Shown here: piece after piece, positions 20,693-30,402 of the stretch
Layout of the letters: every line of letters starts with the position of its first letter
How positions within the stretch are numbered: position 1 is the first letter of the stretch
Assembly: GCA_963851265.1 (NCBI GenBank)
Contig: CAWKNZ010000007.1
Location: forward strand, 448,001-512,000
DNA: 64,000 bases
Source: an uncultured Gemmatimonadales bacterium
GTDB taxonomy: Bacteria > Gemmatimonadota > Gemmatimonadetes > Gemmatimonadales > Gemmatimonadaceae
Direction of reading: 5' to 3'
Program-made: the position numbers and the translations under genes
Notes under the pieces: model-generated
What the model saw: the letters and a program-made list of their open reading frames with translations, nothing else
Told to the model about the DNA's origin: nothing
Database searches by the model: none

Positions 20693-23110
20693 TCAGTTCC
20701 TCAGCGGCTTGCCGGTCTTCAGAGTGTAGGCGATGCGTTCCTGGGTCTTCTCGTTACCGAGGAGCTTGAGGAACGCCTCGCGCTCGAGGTCGAGGATGTC
20801 CTGCTCGGTCACCGTGCGCGGCGGCCCGTCGCCGCCGCAGAGCACGTACGCGATGTTGTGGCCGACGGTGACGTCGTACGGCGTCGCCTGGCCGCTCTCG
20901 AGGAAGCTGAAGAGGGCGTAGGACAGGTTGCCCATTCCCTCGCGGCCTAACGCGCGGATGGTCTGCGGGGCGGGCGCGACGTAGTCGGGCGCGAGGTCGA
21001 GCACGCGGCGCTTGGCGTCGGCGACGAGCCGGTCTCGGTTCATCGTGATGCGGTCGTGGCGCGGGCGCAGGAAGCCCTTCTTCTTGGCCTCGAGCGCGCT
21101 CGTCGTGGGCTGCGGCGCGGCGATGAGGTTGAACGCGCGCTTGACCGCCTCGAAGGGATCGGCCTCCGCGTAGGGCTCGAGGTCCTTGGTGAAGCGGAAC
21201 AGCAGCTCCTTGGTGCCGCCCCCGCCCGGGAGCAGCCCGACGCCGGCCTCGACGAGGCCCATGTACAACTCGGCGTGCGCCTGGACGGCGTCGGCGTGCA
21301 GCGTGAACTCGGCGCCGCCGCCGAGCGTCAGGCCGGCCGGCGCGACGACGACGGGGAACGGCGCGCGGCGGATGCTCTGCACCGCGTCCTGGAAGCGCTT
21401 GATCGAGGCGTCGATGACGTCCCACATGCCCGCGATCACCGCGCCGGTGCTCTCCGAGAGGTCGGCACCGGCCGAGAAGAACTTCGGGTCGTCGTTGCCG
21501 ATGACCATGCCCGCCATGCCGCGCGACTCGACCAGCTCCAGCGACGCGGCGAGCGCGTCGAGCACCTTTGACCCGAGGGTGTTGCTCTTGGAGCGGAACT
21601 CGAGCAGGGCGACGTCGTCGCCGAGGTCGAGCAGGCGCGCGCCGGCGTTCTCGAACAGCACGTGGCCGGACTTCGCCGCGACTGCGGCGAGGCGGAGGTT
21701 GCCGTCGATCGGGGTGACGGGCGCGTAACGGCCGTCGAACCCGAGCACCTCCTCGCCGTTAGGCTGGGTGCGGTAGAAGCTGCCCTGGGCCCGCGTCAGC
21801 AGCGCCGGCACGCCCATCCCGCGCCGCTCGAACTCGGCCTTCAGGAAGTCGACGCCGAGCATGTCCATGACGCGGAACGGGCCGGCCTCGTGGCCGTACC
21901 CCCACTGCATGGCGCGGTCGACGCTCGGGACGTCGTAGGCGAGCTCTGGGCTCTTCTCGAGCGCGTAGTGCGCGTTCTCGAGGAGCGTCTGCCGCGCGAA
22001 CTCGCCGTACGGGCCGGACATGTCCTTGATCGCGGCGATGCGGCCGCCGAGCGGAAGCTTGAGCGCTGCCTTCAGCTCGGGGGTCTCGAGGCGCTGCTGC
22101 GGCTTGTAGGCGCCCGCGCGGAAGTCCCAGGTCTGGATGTCCTTGCCGACCTTCTTGTAGAACCCGCCCGCGGTCTTGTCGCCGAGTTGCTTGTTCTGCA
22201 CCATCGCGTGGAACCACGCGGGCAGGTCGAAGTTCTCGCCGGTGGCCTCGGCGGTGCCGGCGCTCACGTGCGCGAACACGTCGAGCCCCGACAGGTCGGC
22301 GGTGCGGAAGGTGGCGCTGTTGGGCCGGCCCATGAGCGGGCCCGTGAGGCCGTCGACCTCGTCGACCGTGAGGCCGAACTGCTCCATCGCGCGGATGGTG
22401 CGGGTGGAGCCGTAGACGCCCAACCGGTTGGCGATGAACCCGGGGGCGTCCTTGCAGAGGACGATCCCCTTGCCGAGCAGGCGCTCGCCGAACACGCGCA
22501 CCGCCTCGACCACCGCGGGCGCCGTGTCGGGCGTCGGGATGATCTCGAGCAGGTGCATGTAGCGCGCGGGCGCGAAGAAGTGCGTGCCGAGGAAGTGCTG
22601 CTTGAAGCGCGCCGAGCGCCCCTCGGTGAGCACGTGCATCGGGATGCCCGACGTGTTGCTCGACACCGCCGCGGTGGGCTTGAGGACGCCCTCGAGCTTC
22701 GAGTAGAGGGCCTGCTTCGGGCCCGGCTGCTCGATCACGGCCTCGATCACGAGGTCGCAGTCGCCGAGCAGGGCGAGATCGTCGTCGATGTTGCCGGTCT
22801 GGATGTAGGCCGCGCGATCGGCGTCCATGAAGGCCGCGGGCTTGGCCTTCAGGGTGCGCGCGACGGCGCCCGTGGCGATCGCGGAGCGGTCGGGGCCGTC
22901 GGTGGCGACGTCGAGCAACACCACGGGCAGCCCAGCGGACGCGGCGAGGGCCGCGATGCCCGATCCCATGGTCCCCGCGCCGACCACGCCGACCTTCTTG
23001 ATCGCGACGTGCGCGGGCCGCGCGTCGGCGGCGAGGTCCAGCTCGGGCCCGAGGTCGAATCCGGCGAACGCTGTTCGGTTGCCGGCGTCAGGAGAGGTTT
23101 CGGTGGCCAT
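20693..23110 (-). CDS. 3-hydroxyacyl-CoA dehydrogenase/enoyl-CoA hydratase (FadN type)
   Basis: GAGTMGSG, SSNTS, HFF, GFIANR, then crotonase GLVEAGVGLLPGGGG; terminal TGKPLRN. Confidence 0.93.
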   Translation of the reverse strand: MATETSPDAGNRTAFAGFDLGPELDLAADARPAHVAIKKVGVVGAGTMGSGIAALAASAGLPVVLLDVATDGPDRSAIATGAVARTLKAKPAAFMDADRAAYIQTGNIDDDLALLGDCDLVIEAVIEQPGPKQALYSKLEGVLKPTAAVSSNTSGIPMHVLTEGRSARFKQHFLGTHFFAPARYMHLLEIIPTPDTAPAVVEAVRVFGERLLGKGIVLCKDAPGFIANRLGVYGSTRTIRAMEQFGLTVDEVDGLTGPLMGRPNSATFRTADLSGLDVFAHVSAGTAEATGENFDLPAWFHAMVQNKQLGDKTAGGFYKKVGKDIQTWDFRAGAYKPQQRLETPELKAALKLPLGGRIAAIKDMSGPYGEFARQTLLENAHYALEKSPELAYDVPSVDRAMQWGYGHEAGPFRVMDMLGVDFLKAEFERRGMGVPALLTRAQGSFYRTQPNGEEVLGFDGRYAPVTPIDGNLRLAAVAAKSGHVLFENAGARLLDLGDDVALLEFRSKSNTLGSKVLDALAASLELVESRGMAGMVIGNDDPKFFSAGADLSESTGAVIAGMWDVIDASIKRFQDAVQSIRRAPFPVVVAPAGLTLGGGAEFTLHADAVQAHAELYMGLVEAGVGLLPGGGGTKELLFRFTKDLEPYAEADPFEAVKRAFNLIAAPQPTTSALEAKKKGFLRPRHDRITMNRDRLVADAKRRVLDLAPDYVAPAPQTIRALGREGMGNLSYALFSFLESGQATPYDVTVGHNIAYVLCGGDGPPRTVTEQDILDLEREAFLKLLGNEKTQERIAYTLKTGKPLRN

Positions 23111-23287
23111 CAGAAGCGGCGCTCGTCGGGTGAATGGTCGGATGTGGGCGGCAGGGCTGCGGGCGTCGCGAGTGTGACACGCGACCGAGCCGCCGGTTCC
23201 CAGCCGAGAAAGGTCGACAGGGGCACGCGGCAATGCCAGGGGCGCCGGGCGAGCGGCGCGGCCGGCGCGACCCGCGCGGACAACGCT

Positions 23288-24085
23288 CTAGTGGGCGGGT
23301 GCCGGCGCTAACGTGGCGCCGAGCGCACGCCACCGCGCGGACAGCAGCCGCGCGAGCGCGTCGAGGCCCCAGACCTCGGAGCGGACGTGCCCTACGGCGG
23401 CGACCGCGATCGCGCACTCGGCCGCCGCGGCGCGGGCCGGCGCGCGCAACTGCCCGGTCACGTACAGGCCGGCCCCGCGCGCCGCCGCCTCGCGCACGAG
23501 CGCGTCGGTCATCGCTCCCACGACCGCGATCCGCGCGACCGGGCGACCGGGATCCGCGACCACGACGGCCTCGGTCCCGCCGAACGCGGCGGCGACGCGC
23601 GCGACCGCGGCGGCCGCGGGCTCGGGCGTGACGTCGCCGACCATGCCGAGTGGGCGGCCGTCGCGCGTGCCCAACCGTTCGCGCGTCCGGAACCCGAGGG
23701 CCTCGGCGAGCGGCGCGTTGTCACCCGTGGTCAGGTGCTCGTCGAACGGCAGGTGCGAGTAGACGACGCCGACCGCGGCGGCGAGGGTGCCGGGACGCAG
23801 GCGCCACGGGCGGTGCAGGAACAGCGCGTCGATCGCCTCACCCGCCGCCCACGCCCGCAGGCCGGGCCACGGCTCGAGGGCGAGACCCACGCGAGCGAGC
23901 GGCCGCGCGTCCGCATCGCCGCCGGTGGCGGGTTCGTGGAAGATCCCGCCACGCTCGTCCGCGGGGTACGCGTCGGCGCCGAGCGCGTCGTGCAGGAAGT
24001 TGGCGAGCGCGGCGAGCGTCGGAAGCGCCTCGGTGCCTACGCTTGAGCCTGCGCTGGAGCCTGCGCTGGAGCCTGCGCTAGACAT
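23288..24085 (-). CDS. Nif3-like dinuclear metal-centre protein
   Basis: LFLHRP, SHLPFD, YVTG, VGHVRSE. Confidence 0.8.
   Translation of the reverse strand: MSSAGSSAGSSAGSSVGTEALPTLAALANFLHDALGADAYPADERGGIFHEPATGGDADARPLARVGLALEPWPGLRAWAAGEAIDALFLHRPWRLRPGTLAAAVGVVYSHLPFDEHLTTGDNAPLAEALGFRTRERLGTRDGRPLGMVGDVTPEPAAAAVARVAAAFGGTEAVVVADPGRPVARIAVVGAMTDALVREAAARGAGLYVTGQLRAPARAAAAECAIAVAAVGHVRSEVWGLDALARLLSARWRALGATLAPAPAH
24045..24080 (-). repeat. 12-bp tandem repeat x3 encoding SSAG
   Basis: GAGCCTGCGCT(G/A) units at the 5' end of the Nif3-like gene. Confidence 0.75.
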
Positions 24086-24413
24086 CGCGCCCGGCGCGAG
24101 CGCGGCGTGCGCGCACGCGCGTCGCGCGGATGCGGGTGAGCGACGTGAGGACGATCGCGAGCGTGGCGACCATCCACGCCCCGGTGAAGAGGATGCGACG
24201 CTGCATCGGCCACTCGTCGACCAGGAGGCGGCTCTTGAGTGCGAGCACGGCGACGTCGAGCACGACGACTCCGATCACCATTCGCAGCAGATGGCGCCGC
24301 AACTCGGGCGCGACGCTCGCGCGCGCCGCGGCAGAGCGGGCCGGCGAGGTGCCGGGGCGCGGAGAACCCGCGGGGGGCGAATTCGCGGGCGGGGTCGACG
24401 GATCTGAGGTCAC
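24078..24413 (-). CDS. Small two-TM membrane protein (start uncertain)
   Basis: Two hydrophobic helices; stop overlaps Nif3-like start. Confidence 0.55.
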   Translation of the reverse strand: MTSDPSTPPANSPPAGSPRPGTSPARSAAARASVAPELRRHLLRMVIGVVVLDVAVLALKSRLLVDEWPMQRRILFTGAWMVATLAIVLTSLTRIRATRVRARRARAGRDV

Positions 24414-24508
24414 GGGCGAACCGTGGCGCGCCGCGGGGCACGGCGCAAGGCTTGCCGCGCGAACGCGTGCACGACGGGACTCCACTCTCACCACCAGCGA
24501 GGTTACGC

Positions 24509-24922
24509 GTGGCCGACTTCACCAACCCCAGCGCGAGCGTCGCCGACATGGCGGCCGGAAATCCTGGCATCAACATGGGCACGACGGGGTCCATGCGCGA
24601 GACCGAGTACGCGTCCGACGACCTCTGGGGGCAGCACGACGCGCAATTGCGCGCGCAGTATCCGACGCGCGCGTACGCGTCGCCGGAACGCTCGTACGAG
24701 CACTATCAGCCCGCCTACCGGTACGGCCACGGCGCGGCCACGCAGCACGCCGGGCGCGAGTGGTCGGAGGTGGAGCGCGACTTGGAGCGCGGGTGGGACA
24801 AGGCGCGCGGCTCGAGCGCGTCGGCGTGGCACGAGGTCAAGGATGCGGCGCGCGACGCGTGGGACCACGTGCGCGGCTCGTCGCACGCCGGCGCCTCCTC
24901 GCACACCACCACGGTCCGCTGA
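24509..24922 (+). CDS. Hypothetical Trp/Tyr-rich helical protein
   Basis: GAGG before GTG; YQPAYRYG, WSEVERDLERGW, WHEVKDAARDAW. Confidence 0.7.
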   Translation: MADFTNPSASVADMAAGNPGINMGTTGSMRETEYASDDLWGQHDAQLRAQYPTRAYASPERSYEHYQPAYRYGHGAATQHAGREWSEVERDLERGWDKARGSSASAWHEVKDAARDAWDHVRGSSHAGASSHTTTVR

Positions 24923-24927
24923 CCGGC

Positions 24928-25920
24928 ATGGATACGCCCGCGTTCGACCTCTCCGCGCTGCTGCCCGGCCGGCCGCCGGGCGACGACCACGGCGCGCCGC
25001 TCCAGATCGCCGACGACCTCTCGTGGCTCCGGTGCGGGATCGTGAACGTCGCGTTCCTCGGCCACCCCGACGCAGGCGACCGCGGATGGGTACTGGTCGA
25101 CGCGGGGTTGCCGGGATTCGCCGGGACGATTGCGCGGGCGGCCGAGGCGCGGTTCGGCGGCTCGCGGCCGGCGGCGATCGTGCTCACCCACGGGCACTTC
25201 GACCACGTCGGAGCGCTGCAGGACCTGGCGGATCAGTGGGACGCGCCGATCTACGCGCACTTCCTCGAGATGCCGTATCTGACGGGCCAGTCGGCGTATC
25301 CACCGCCGGATCCGACGGTGGGCGGCGGCGCGATGGCGTTCAGCTCGCCGCTCTTTCCGCCGGGGCCGTTCGATTTCGGGGACCGCATGCGCCCGCTGCC
25401 GAGCGAGGGCGCGGTGAACACGGGGCCGGTGCCGAACGCGCCCGACTGGCGCTGGTGGCACACGCCGGGGCATGCGCCCGGGCACGTGTCGCTCTGGCGC
25501 GAGCGCGACCGCGCGCTCGTGGCCGGCGACGCGTTCGTGACGACGAAACAGGAGTCGGCGATCGCCGTGTACGAGCAGCGGCTCGAGATGCACGGGCCGC
25601 CGATGTACTACACGCCGGACTGGGACGCGTCGCGCGCCTCGGTGCAGCGCCTGGCCGCGCTCGAGCCGTCGGTCGCGATCACGGGGCACGGGCTGCCGAT
25701 GTCGGGCGCGGCACTCACGGACGGGCTGCACGCGCTCGCGCGGGACTTCGACCGCGTGGCGCGCCCGGCCCGCGGGCGGTACGCGCACGAGCCCGCGCGC
25801 ACCGACGAGTCGGGGGTCCGCTCGCTGCCGCCGGCGGTTCCGGACGTCACGCCGCTCGCGCTCGTCGGCACGGCGCTCGCGGCCGGGCTGGTCCTGGGCG
25901 CGGCGGGGCGGGAGCGTTAG
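24928..25920 (+). CDS. MBL-fold metallo-hydrolase
   Basis: LVDAG, THGHFDHVG, TPGHAPGH, AGDA, TGHG. Confidence 0.92.
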   Translation: MDTPAFDLSALLPGRPPGDDHGAPLQIADDLSWLRCGIVNVAFLGHPDAGDRGWVLVDAGLPGFAGTIARAAEARFGGSRPAAIVLTHGHFDHVGALQDLADQWDAPIYAHFLEMPYLTGQSAYPPPDPTVGGGAMAFSSPLFPPGPFDFGDRMRPLPSEGAVNTGPVPNAPDWRWWHTPGHAPGHVSLWRERDRALVAGDAFVTTKQESAIAVYEQRLEMHGPPMYYTPDWDASRASVQRLAALEPSVAITGHGLPMSGAALTDGLHALARDFDRVARPARGRYAHEPARTDESGVRSLPPAVPDVTPLALVGTALAAGLVLGAAGRER

Positions 25921-26013
25921 GCAACCGCCGGCGCCGGCGCCGGCGCCGCGCACGCGCCGGGATCCGGGTGCGTGCGCGGCGCGAGCCGCAGCGTCAGGCA
26001 GAGCCGGGCGGGC

Positions 26014-26916
26014 TCACGAGTAGTAGCGTCGCAGCCGCGTCGCCACGCCGTCGAGGTCGGGGAAGAGCCGCCGCTCGTCGATCGTGACGAGGTCGAGCTG
26101 GTCGCGTATGCGGGCCACGTCCTCAGCCGCGACGACGAAGCGGGTGAGCGCGTCGGTGAGGCCGTGCGCGTCCAGGAACTGGTCGAACGCGTGCCCGGTG
26201 TCGGAGCAGAGCGTAAATACGGCCGACTGCGCGGCGATGCGCGCGTCGAGCGTCGGCGGCTCGAAGAGGCAGGCGAACGCGGGGATGGCGCGGGCGCGCG
26301 CCATGAGCGCCCACGGCGTGAAGTCCCGCTCGCCTCGGAGCGTCGTGAGGTCGCCCGCGAGCAGCGCGCGCGCGGGCAGCTGAAACGCCGTGTGCACGCG
26401 CAGCCAGTCGAGCCGCCAGATCACGCGTGCGGTACCGCTCGCCGCGGGCTCCTCACCCTGCGCGGCGTCGTCGGCGGGCGGCGCGCCGCCGTGGTCGCGC
26501 GCCGCGCGGTCCGCGCCGCGGTCCGGGCGACCCTCGCCTTCCGCGTCGCGACGTCCGAGGGTGGCGAAATGCGCGGCGACGAACGGCGAGTACGACCAGT
26601 CGAGCAGCCGCGTCGGCACGCCGTGGTGCTGCGCGGTGGCGAGAAGCTCCCAATCGTTCTGCATGTCGCTGCGCACGTACGGGCGCGAGTAGCGCACGAA
26701 GTTGCGGAGCACGTGCTCCTCGAGACCGGACTTCGTGTGCGGCGGGTTGACGCCGCCCAGACGGTCGAGGCTGGTGAGCATCGGCCAGCGCGAGTCACCC
26801 ACACCCCGGTAGACGCCGCTGTCGCGCCGTCTCCCGGTGATAGGGTCGGGCTCGTCAGGCGTGACGCGGTCGATGAACTCGCCGAGCGAACGGATGCGGA
26901 CGGTTTCGGTGATCAC
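26014..26916 (-). CDS. FRG domain protein
   Basis: VYRG, QHHGVPTRLLDWS-SPFVAAHFA, RIAAQSAVF, LFPDLDG. Confidence 0.9.
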   Translation of the reverse strand: MITETVRIRSLGEFIDRVTPDEPDPITGRRRDSGVYRGVGDSRWPMLTSLDRLGGVNPPHTKSGLEEHVLRNFVRYSRPYVRSDMQNDWELLATAQHHGVPTRLLDWSYSPFVAAHFATLGRRDAEGEGRPDRGADRAARDHGGAPPADDAAQGEEPAASGTARVIWRLDWLRVHTAFQLPARALLAGDLTTLRGERDFTPWALMARARAIPAFACLFEPPTLDARIAAQSAVFTLCSDTGHAFDQFLDAHGLTDALTRFVVAAEDVARIRDQLDLVTIDERRLFPDLDGVATRLRRYYS

Positions 26917-27143
26917 GCCGCCGGCGAGTGCAACCCGCGTGCTGGCGCGGGCGCGGCGGACTCTGCGTTAGGCAGTGCGCCCGGGCCCGGCAACGGTCGT
27001 ACGCGCGGGTGCAACCTACGCTCTAGTCGTCCAACAGACCGGCGACCGCGCGGTCGGACGCACGTTCCTGCGCGCGCGTGCCGGCGACGCGCGCGACGTC
27101 GGCCTGGATGATCTCGGCGACGGCGCAGCGCGTTGGCGGAGCG

Positions 27144-27623
27144 TCACGCGGGGAAGAGCTCGCGCGCCGCGTCGAGGTCGTCCGCGACGCGGGCGCGGTG
27201 CGGTTCGGGGAGCGCGTGCACGCCCGCCCGCGCGCCGTCGAGAATGCGGTCGAGCAGGGCGCGCCGTTCGGCGGTCCACGCGGGGTCGTCCGGTCCGAGC
27301 GCGAGCACGGCGCCGAGCACGTCGCCCGGGCCGTAGTCGCCTGCGAGAAAGGGCTCACGTTCGAGGCGGGCGAGCGCGAGCGGGAGCACCCACCGCACCC
27401 CCCGGCCGTGGGCCAGTAGCCGCCGCAGCTCCGCCGGGCCGAGGTCGCGCAGGGCGGATACGAGCGCCCGCGCGAGCCACGCCGTACTCCCCATGCCGTA
27501 CGCGCCCTTCTCGACGGCGAGCCCCTCGAGCTCGGCGATCGAGCGCGCGAGCGTCTCGGTCGTGAACTCCGGCGGGTACGGCGGCGGCACGAACGCCGGC
27601 GGGACGAAGGCGGGGGGCGCCAT
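27144..27623 (-). CDS. CdiI-like (contact-dependent inhibition immunity) protein
   Basis: ELRRLL-G-G-WVLPLALARLEREPFLAGDYGPGDVL resembles the CdiI_3 family pattern. Confidence 0.6.
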   Translation of the reverse strand: MAPPAFVPPAFVPPPYPPEFTTETLARSIAELEGLAVEKGAYGMGSTAWLARALVSALRDLGPAELRRLLAHGRGVRWVLPLALARLEREPFLAGDYGPGDVLGAVLALGPDDPAWTAERRALLDRILDGARAGVHALPEPHRARVADDLDAARELFPA

Positions 27624-27686
27624 GCGCGGAAGATGCACCCGCGCGCACGCACGCGCGTGGCCGAAAGGCGCCCTAGTTTCGACGAC

Positions 27687-30326
27687 GTGTCGTCCAGCCC
27701 GCGCTTCGCGCCCCCGCTACCGATCGACGAGGCGCTTCCCGCACTCGGGACCGCGCTCGCGACGTCGACACGCGCCGTACTGCAGGCCCCGCCGGGGGCG
27801 GGGAAGACGACGCGCGTGCCACTCGCGCTGCTCGACGCACCCTGGCTCGCGGGCCGCACCGTCGTGATGCTCGAGCCGCGGCGCCTGGCGGCGCGCGCGG
27901 CGGCGCGGCGCATGGCGGTCACGTTAGGCGAGGAGGTGGGCGCGACGGTCGGGTTCCGCGTGCGCGCCGAGACCCGCGTCTCGTCGCGCACGCGGGTCGA
28001 GGTCGTCACCGAGGGCGTGCTCACGCGGATGCTGCAGGAGGACGCCGCGCTCGAGCGGGTGGGGGCCGTGCTGTTCGACGAGTACCACGAACGCTCGCTG
28101 CAGGCGGACGTCGGGCTGGCGCTCGTGCTCGAACTGCAGCAGGTGCTCCGCGACGACCTGCGTGTGCTCGTCATGTCGGCGACGCTCGACGGCGCGCGCG
28201 TGGCCGCACTGCTCGGCCGCGCGGGCGACGGCGCGCCCGCCCCGGTGGTGACCAGCGCGGGACGCGCGTACCCCGTCGAGGTGCGGTGGCGCGCGCAGCG
28301 GCCGCCGCCCCAGCACGGCGCGGTCGAAGCCGCCGCCGCTGCGACCGTTAGGCGCGCGCTCGACGCGCACGACGGAGACGTGCTCGTCTTCCTCCCCGGC
28401 GCGGCGGAGATCCGGCGCGCGGGCGAGGCGCTCACCGATCCGCCGCTGCCGGCCGGCGTGCGCGTGCACGCGCTGCACGGGCTGCTATCGCCCGCCGAGC
28501 AGGACGCGGCGATCGCTCCGTCCGCGTCGGGCGCTCGGAAGGTGGTGCTCGCGACGGCGATCGCCGAGACCAGTCTCACCATCGAAGGCGTTCGCGTGGT
28601 CGTCGACGCGGGGCTCGCGCGGGTACCCCGCTTCTCGCCGCGCACCGGCATGACGTACCTCGACACGGTGCGCGTGTCGCAGGCGGCCGCGGAGCAGCGG
28701 CGCGGGCGCGCGGGGCGCGTCGCGCCGGGCGTGTGCTACCGCCTGTGGCCCGAGGCGGAGCACGCCGGGTTGCTCGCCTATGCGCCACCCGAGATCCTCG
28801 ACGCCGACCTCGCGCCGCTGGCGCTGGAGTTGGCCGACGCGGGCGTTCGCGATCCGGGGACGCTCCTCTGGCTCGACCCACCGCCGGCGGCCGCGTACGC
28901 CCGCGCGCGCGAGCTGCTGGCGCAGCTCGACGCGCTCACCGCGGCGGGGCCGGACGGGCGGATCACCGCGCACGGGCGCCGCATGACCGACGTGGGTCTG
29001 CACCCGCGGCTCGCCCACATGACCATCGGCGCCGCGCCCGACGCCGCGTGGACCGCGTGCGCGCTCGCCGTCCTGCTCGCCGAACGTGACATCCTCCGTG
29101 GCGCGTCGGCGCAACCGCCCGAGGTCGACGTCGAGCTGCGGATCGCTCTCCTGCGTCGCGGCCCGGTGCCACCGACGGTGCACGGCGCCGGCGTCGACCG
29201 CGCGGCGGTGCATCGCGTCCGCGACGACCTCGGCGCGCTGCTGCGCCGCTTGCGGGTGCGCGACGCAGCCGACGGCTCGGCAACTCCGGGCGCCACGGGT
29301 GATGCGGTCGGCGCGCTCGTCGCCGCCGCCTACCCCGACCGCGTCGCGCAGCGGCGCCCGGGACCGCCAGGCCGGTTCCTCCTGCGCAACGGGCGAGGTG
29401 TCGCGGTGTCGGCCGACGACCCTCTGGCGCGCGCACCGTACCTCGCGGTCGCCGAGCTGGTCGGCGCGCCGGGCGATCGCGAGAGCCGCGTCGCGCTCGC
29501 GGCGTCGCTGACGCTCGAACGCATCGAGGCGCAGTTCGCCGGGCAGATCGTGCACGAGGACGAGGTGGCGTGGGACGACGCGACCGACGCGGTGCGCGCG
29601 CGCCACGTGGACCGGCTCGACGCGCTGGTCCTGCGCGAGCGCCCGTCGCGGAACGCAGATCCGGCACGCGCCGCGGCCCTGCTCGCCGAGGTCGCACGCG
29701 CACGCATCGGCGCCGACGGCGCCACGCTCGACGCGCTCGCGGCGGGCGGTGTGGCGGCCTCGCTACGTGCACGCGTCGCATTCGTGCGACAGTTGGCCGA
29801 TGCCGGCGAGCCGGCGGCGGTGCGCGCGGGCCCGTGGCCGGACTGGAGCGACGCCGCGCTCGCCGGCGACGTGGGCGCGTGGCTCGCGCCACACCTCGGG
29901 GGGTTGCGGAGCTGGTCGGAGGTGCGGTCCCTCGATCTCACCGCGATCCTGCGCGGCTCGCTCACGCACGGCCAGCTCAGCGCGCTGGACGCGCTCGCTC
30001 CGACGCACCTCGTGGTCCCGAGCGGCTCGCGGCTGCCCATCGACTACGCGAACCCCGATGCGCCGTCGCTGTCCGTACGGCTGCAGGAACTGTTCGGGCT
30101 CGCCGAAACGCCGCGCGTGGGCGCGGGACGCGTCCCGGTGGTGCTGGCGCTCCTGTCGCCCGCGCACCGGCCGGTGCAGGTCACGCGGGACCTCGCGGGG
30201 TTCTGGCGGTCGAGCTACTTCGACGTACGGCGGGAACTGCGAGGGCGGTACCCGAAGCACGCGTGGCCGGAGGATCCGGCACGAGCGGAGCCGACCGCGC
30301 GCGCGAAGCGGCGGGTGGCCGAGTAG
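27687..30326 (+). CDS. hrpB: ATP-dependent helicase HrpB
   Basis: PPGAGKTT, EPRRLAA, DEYHER, SAT, TAIAETSLTIEG, QRRGRAGR, HrpB C-terminal RGRYPKHAWP. Confidence 0.95.
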   Translation: MSSSPRFAPPLPIDEALPALGTALATSTRAVLQAPPGAGKTTRVPLALLDAPWLAGRTVVMLEPRRLAARAAARRMAVTLGEEVGATVGFRVRAETRVSSRTRVEVVTEGVLTRMLQEDAALERVGAVLFDEYHERSLQADVGLALVLELQQVLRDDLRVLVMSATLDGARVAALLGRAGDGAPAPVVTSAGRAYPVEVRWRAQRPPPQHGAVEAAAAATVRRALDAHDGDVLVFLPGAAEIRRAGEALTDPPLPAGVRVHALHGLLSPAEQDAAIAPSASGARKVVLATAIAETSLTIEGVRVVVDAGLARVPRFSPRTGMTYLDTVRVSQAAAEQRRGRAGRVAPGVCYRLWPEAEHAGLLAYAPPEILDADLAPLALELADAGVRDPGTLLWLDPPPAAAYARARELLAQLDALTAAGPDGRITAHGRRMTDVGLHPRLAHMTIGAAPDAAWTACALAVLLAERDILRGASAQPPEVDVELRIALLRRGPVPPTVHGAGVDRAAVHRVRDDLGALLRRLRVRDAADGSATPGATGDAVGALVAAAYPDRVAQRRPGPPGRFLLRNGRGVAVSADDPLARAPYLAVAELVGAPGDRESRVALAASLTLERIEAQFAGQIVHEDEVAWDDATDAVRARHVDRLDALVLRERPSRNADPARAAALLAEVARARIGADGATLDALAAGGVAASLRARVAFVRQLADAGEPAAVRAGPWPDWSDAALAGDVGAWLAPHLGGLRSWSEVRSLDLTAILRGSLTHGQLSALDALAPTHLVVPSGSRLPIDYANPDAPSLSVRLQELFGLAETPRVGAGRVPVVLALLSPAHRPVQVTRDLAGFWRSSYFDVRRELRGRYPKHAWPEDPARAEPTARAKRRVAE

Positions 30327-30344
30327 GCCGTCGTCGAACGAGAA

Positions 30345-30376
30345 ACGCGGGGCGGGCCGTCAGGCCCGCCCCGCGT
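30345..30376. terminator. Hairpin between convergent hrpB and L,D-transpeptidase
   Basis: ACGCGGGGCGGGCC-GTCA-GGCCCGCCCCGCGT. Confidence 0.75.
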
Positions 30377-30402
30377 CGATCGCTCCCCAGCTCCGTCCCA
30401 GC

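Noticed and set aside
24045..24080. 12-bp repeat as a phase-variation tract
   Set aside because: The unit is a multiple of three and lies in a disordered N-terminus, so copy changes would not shift the frame
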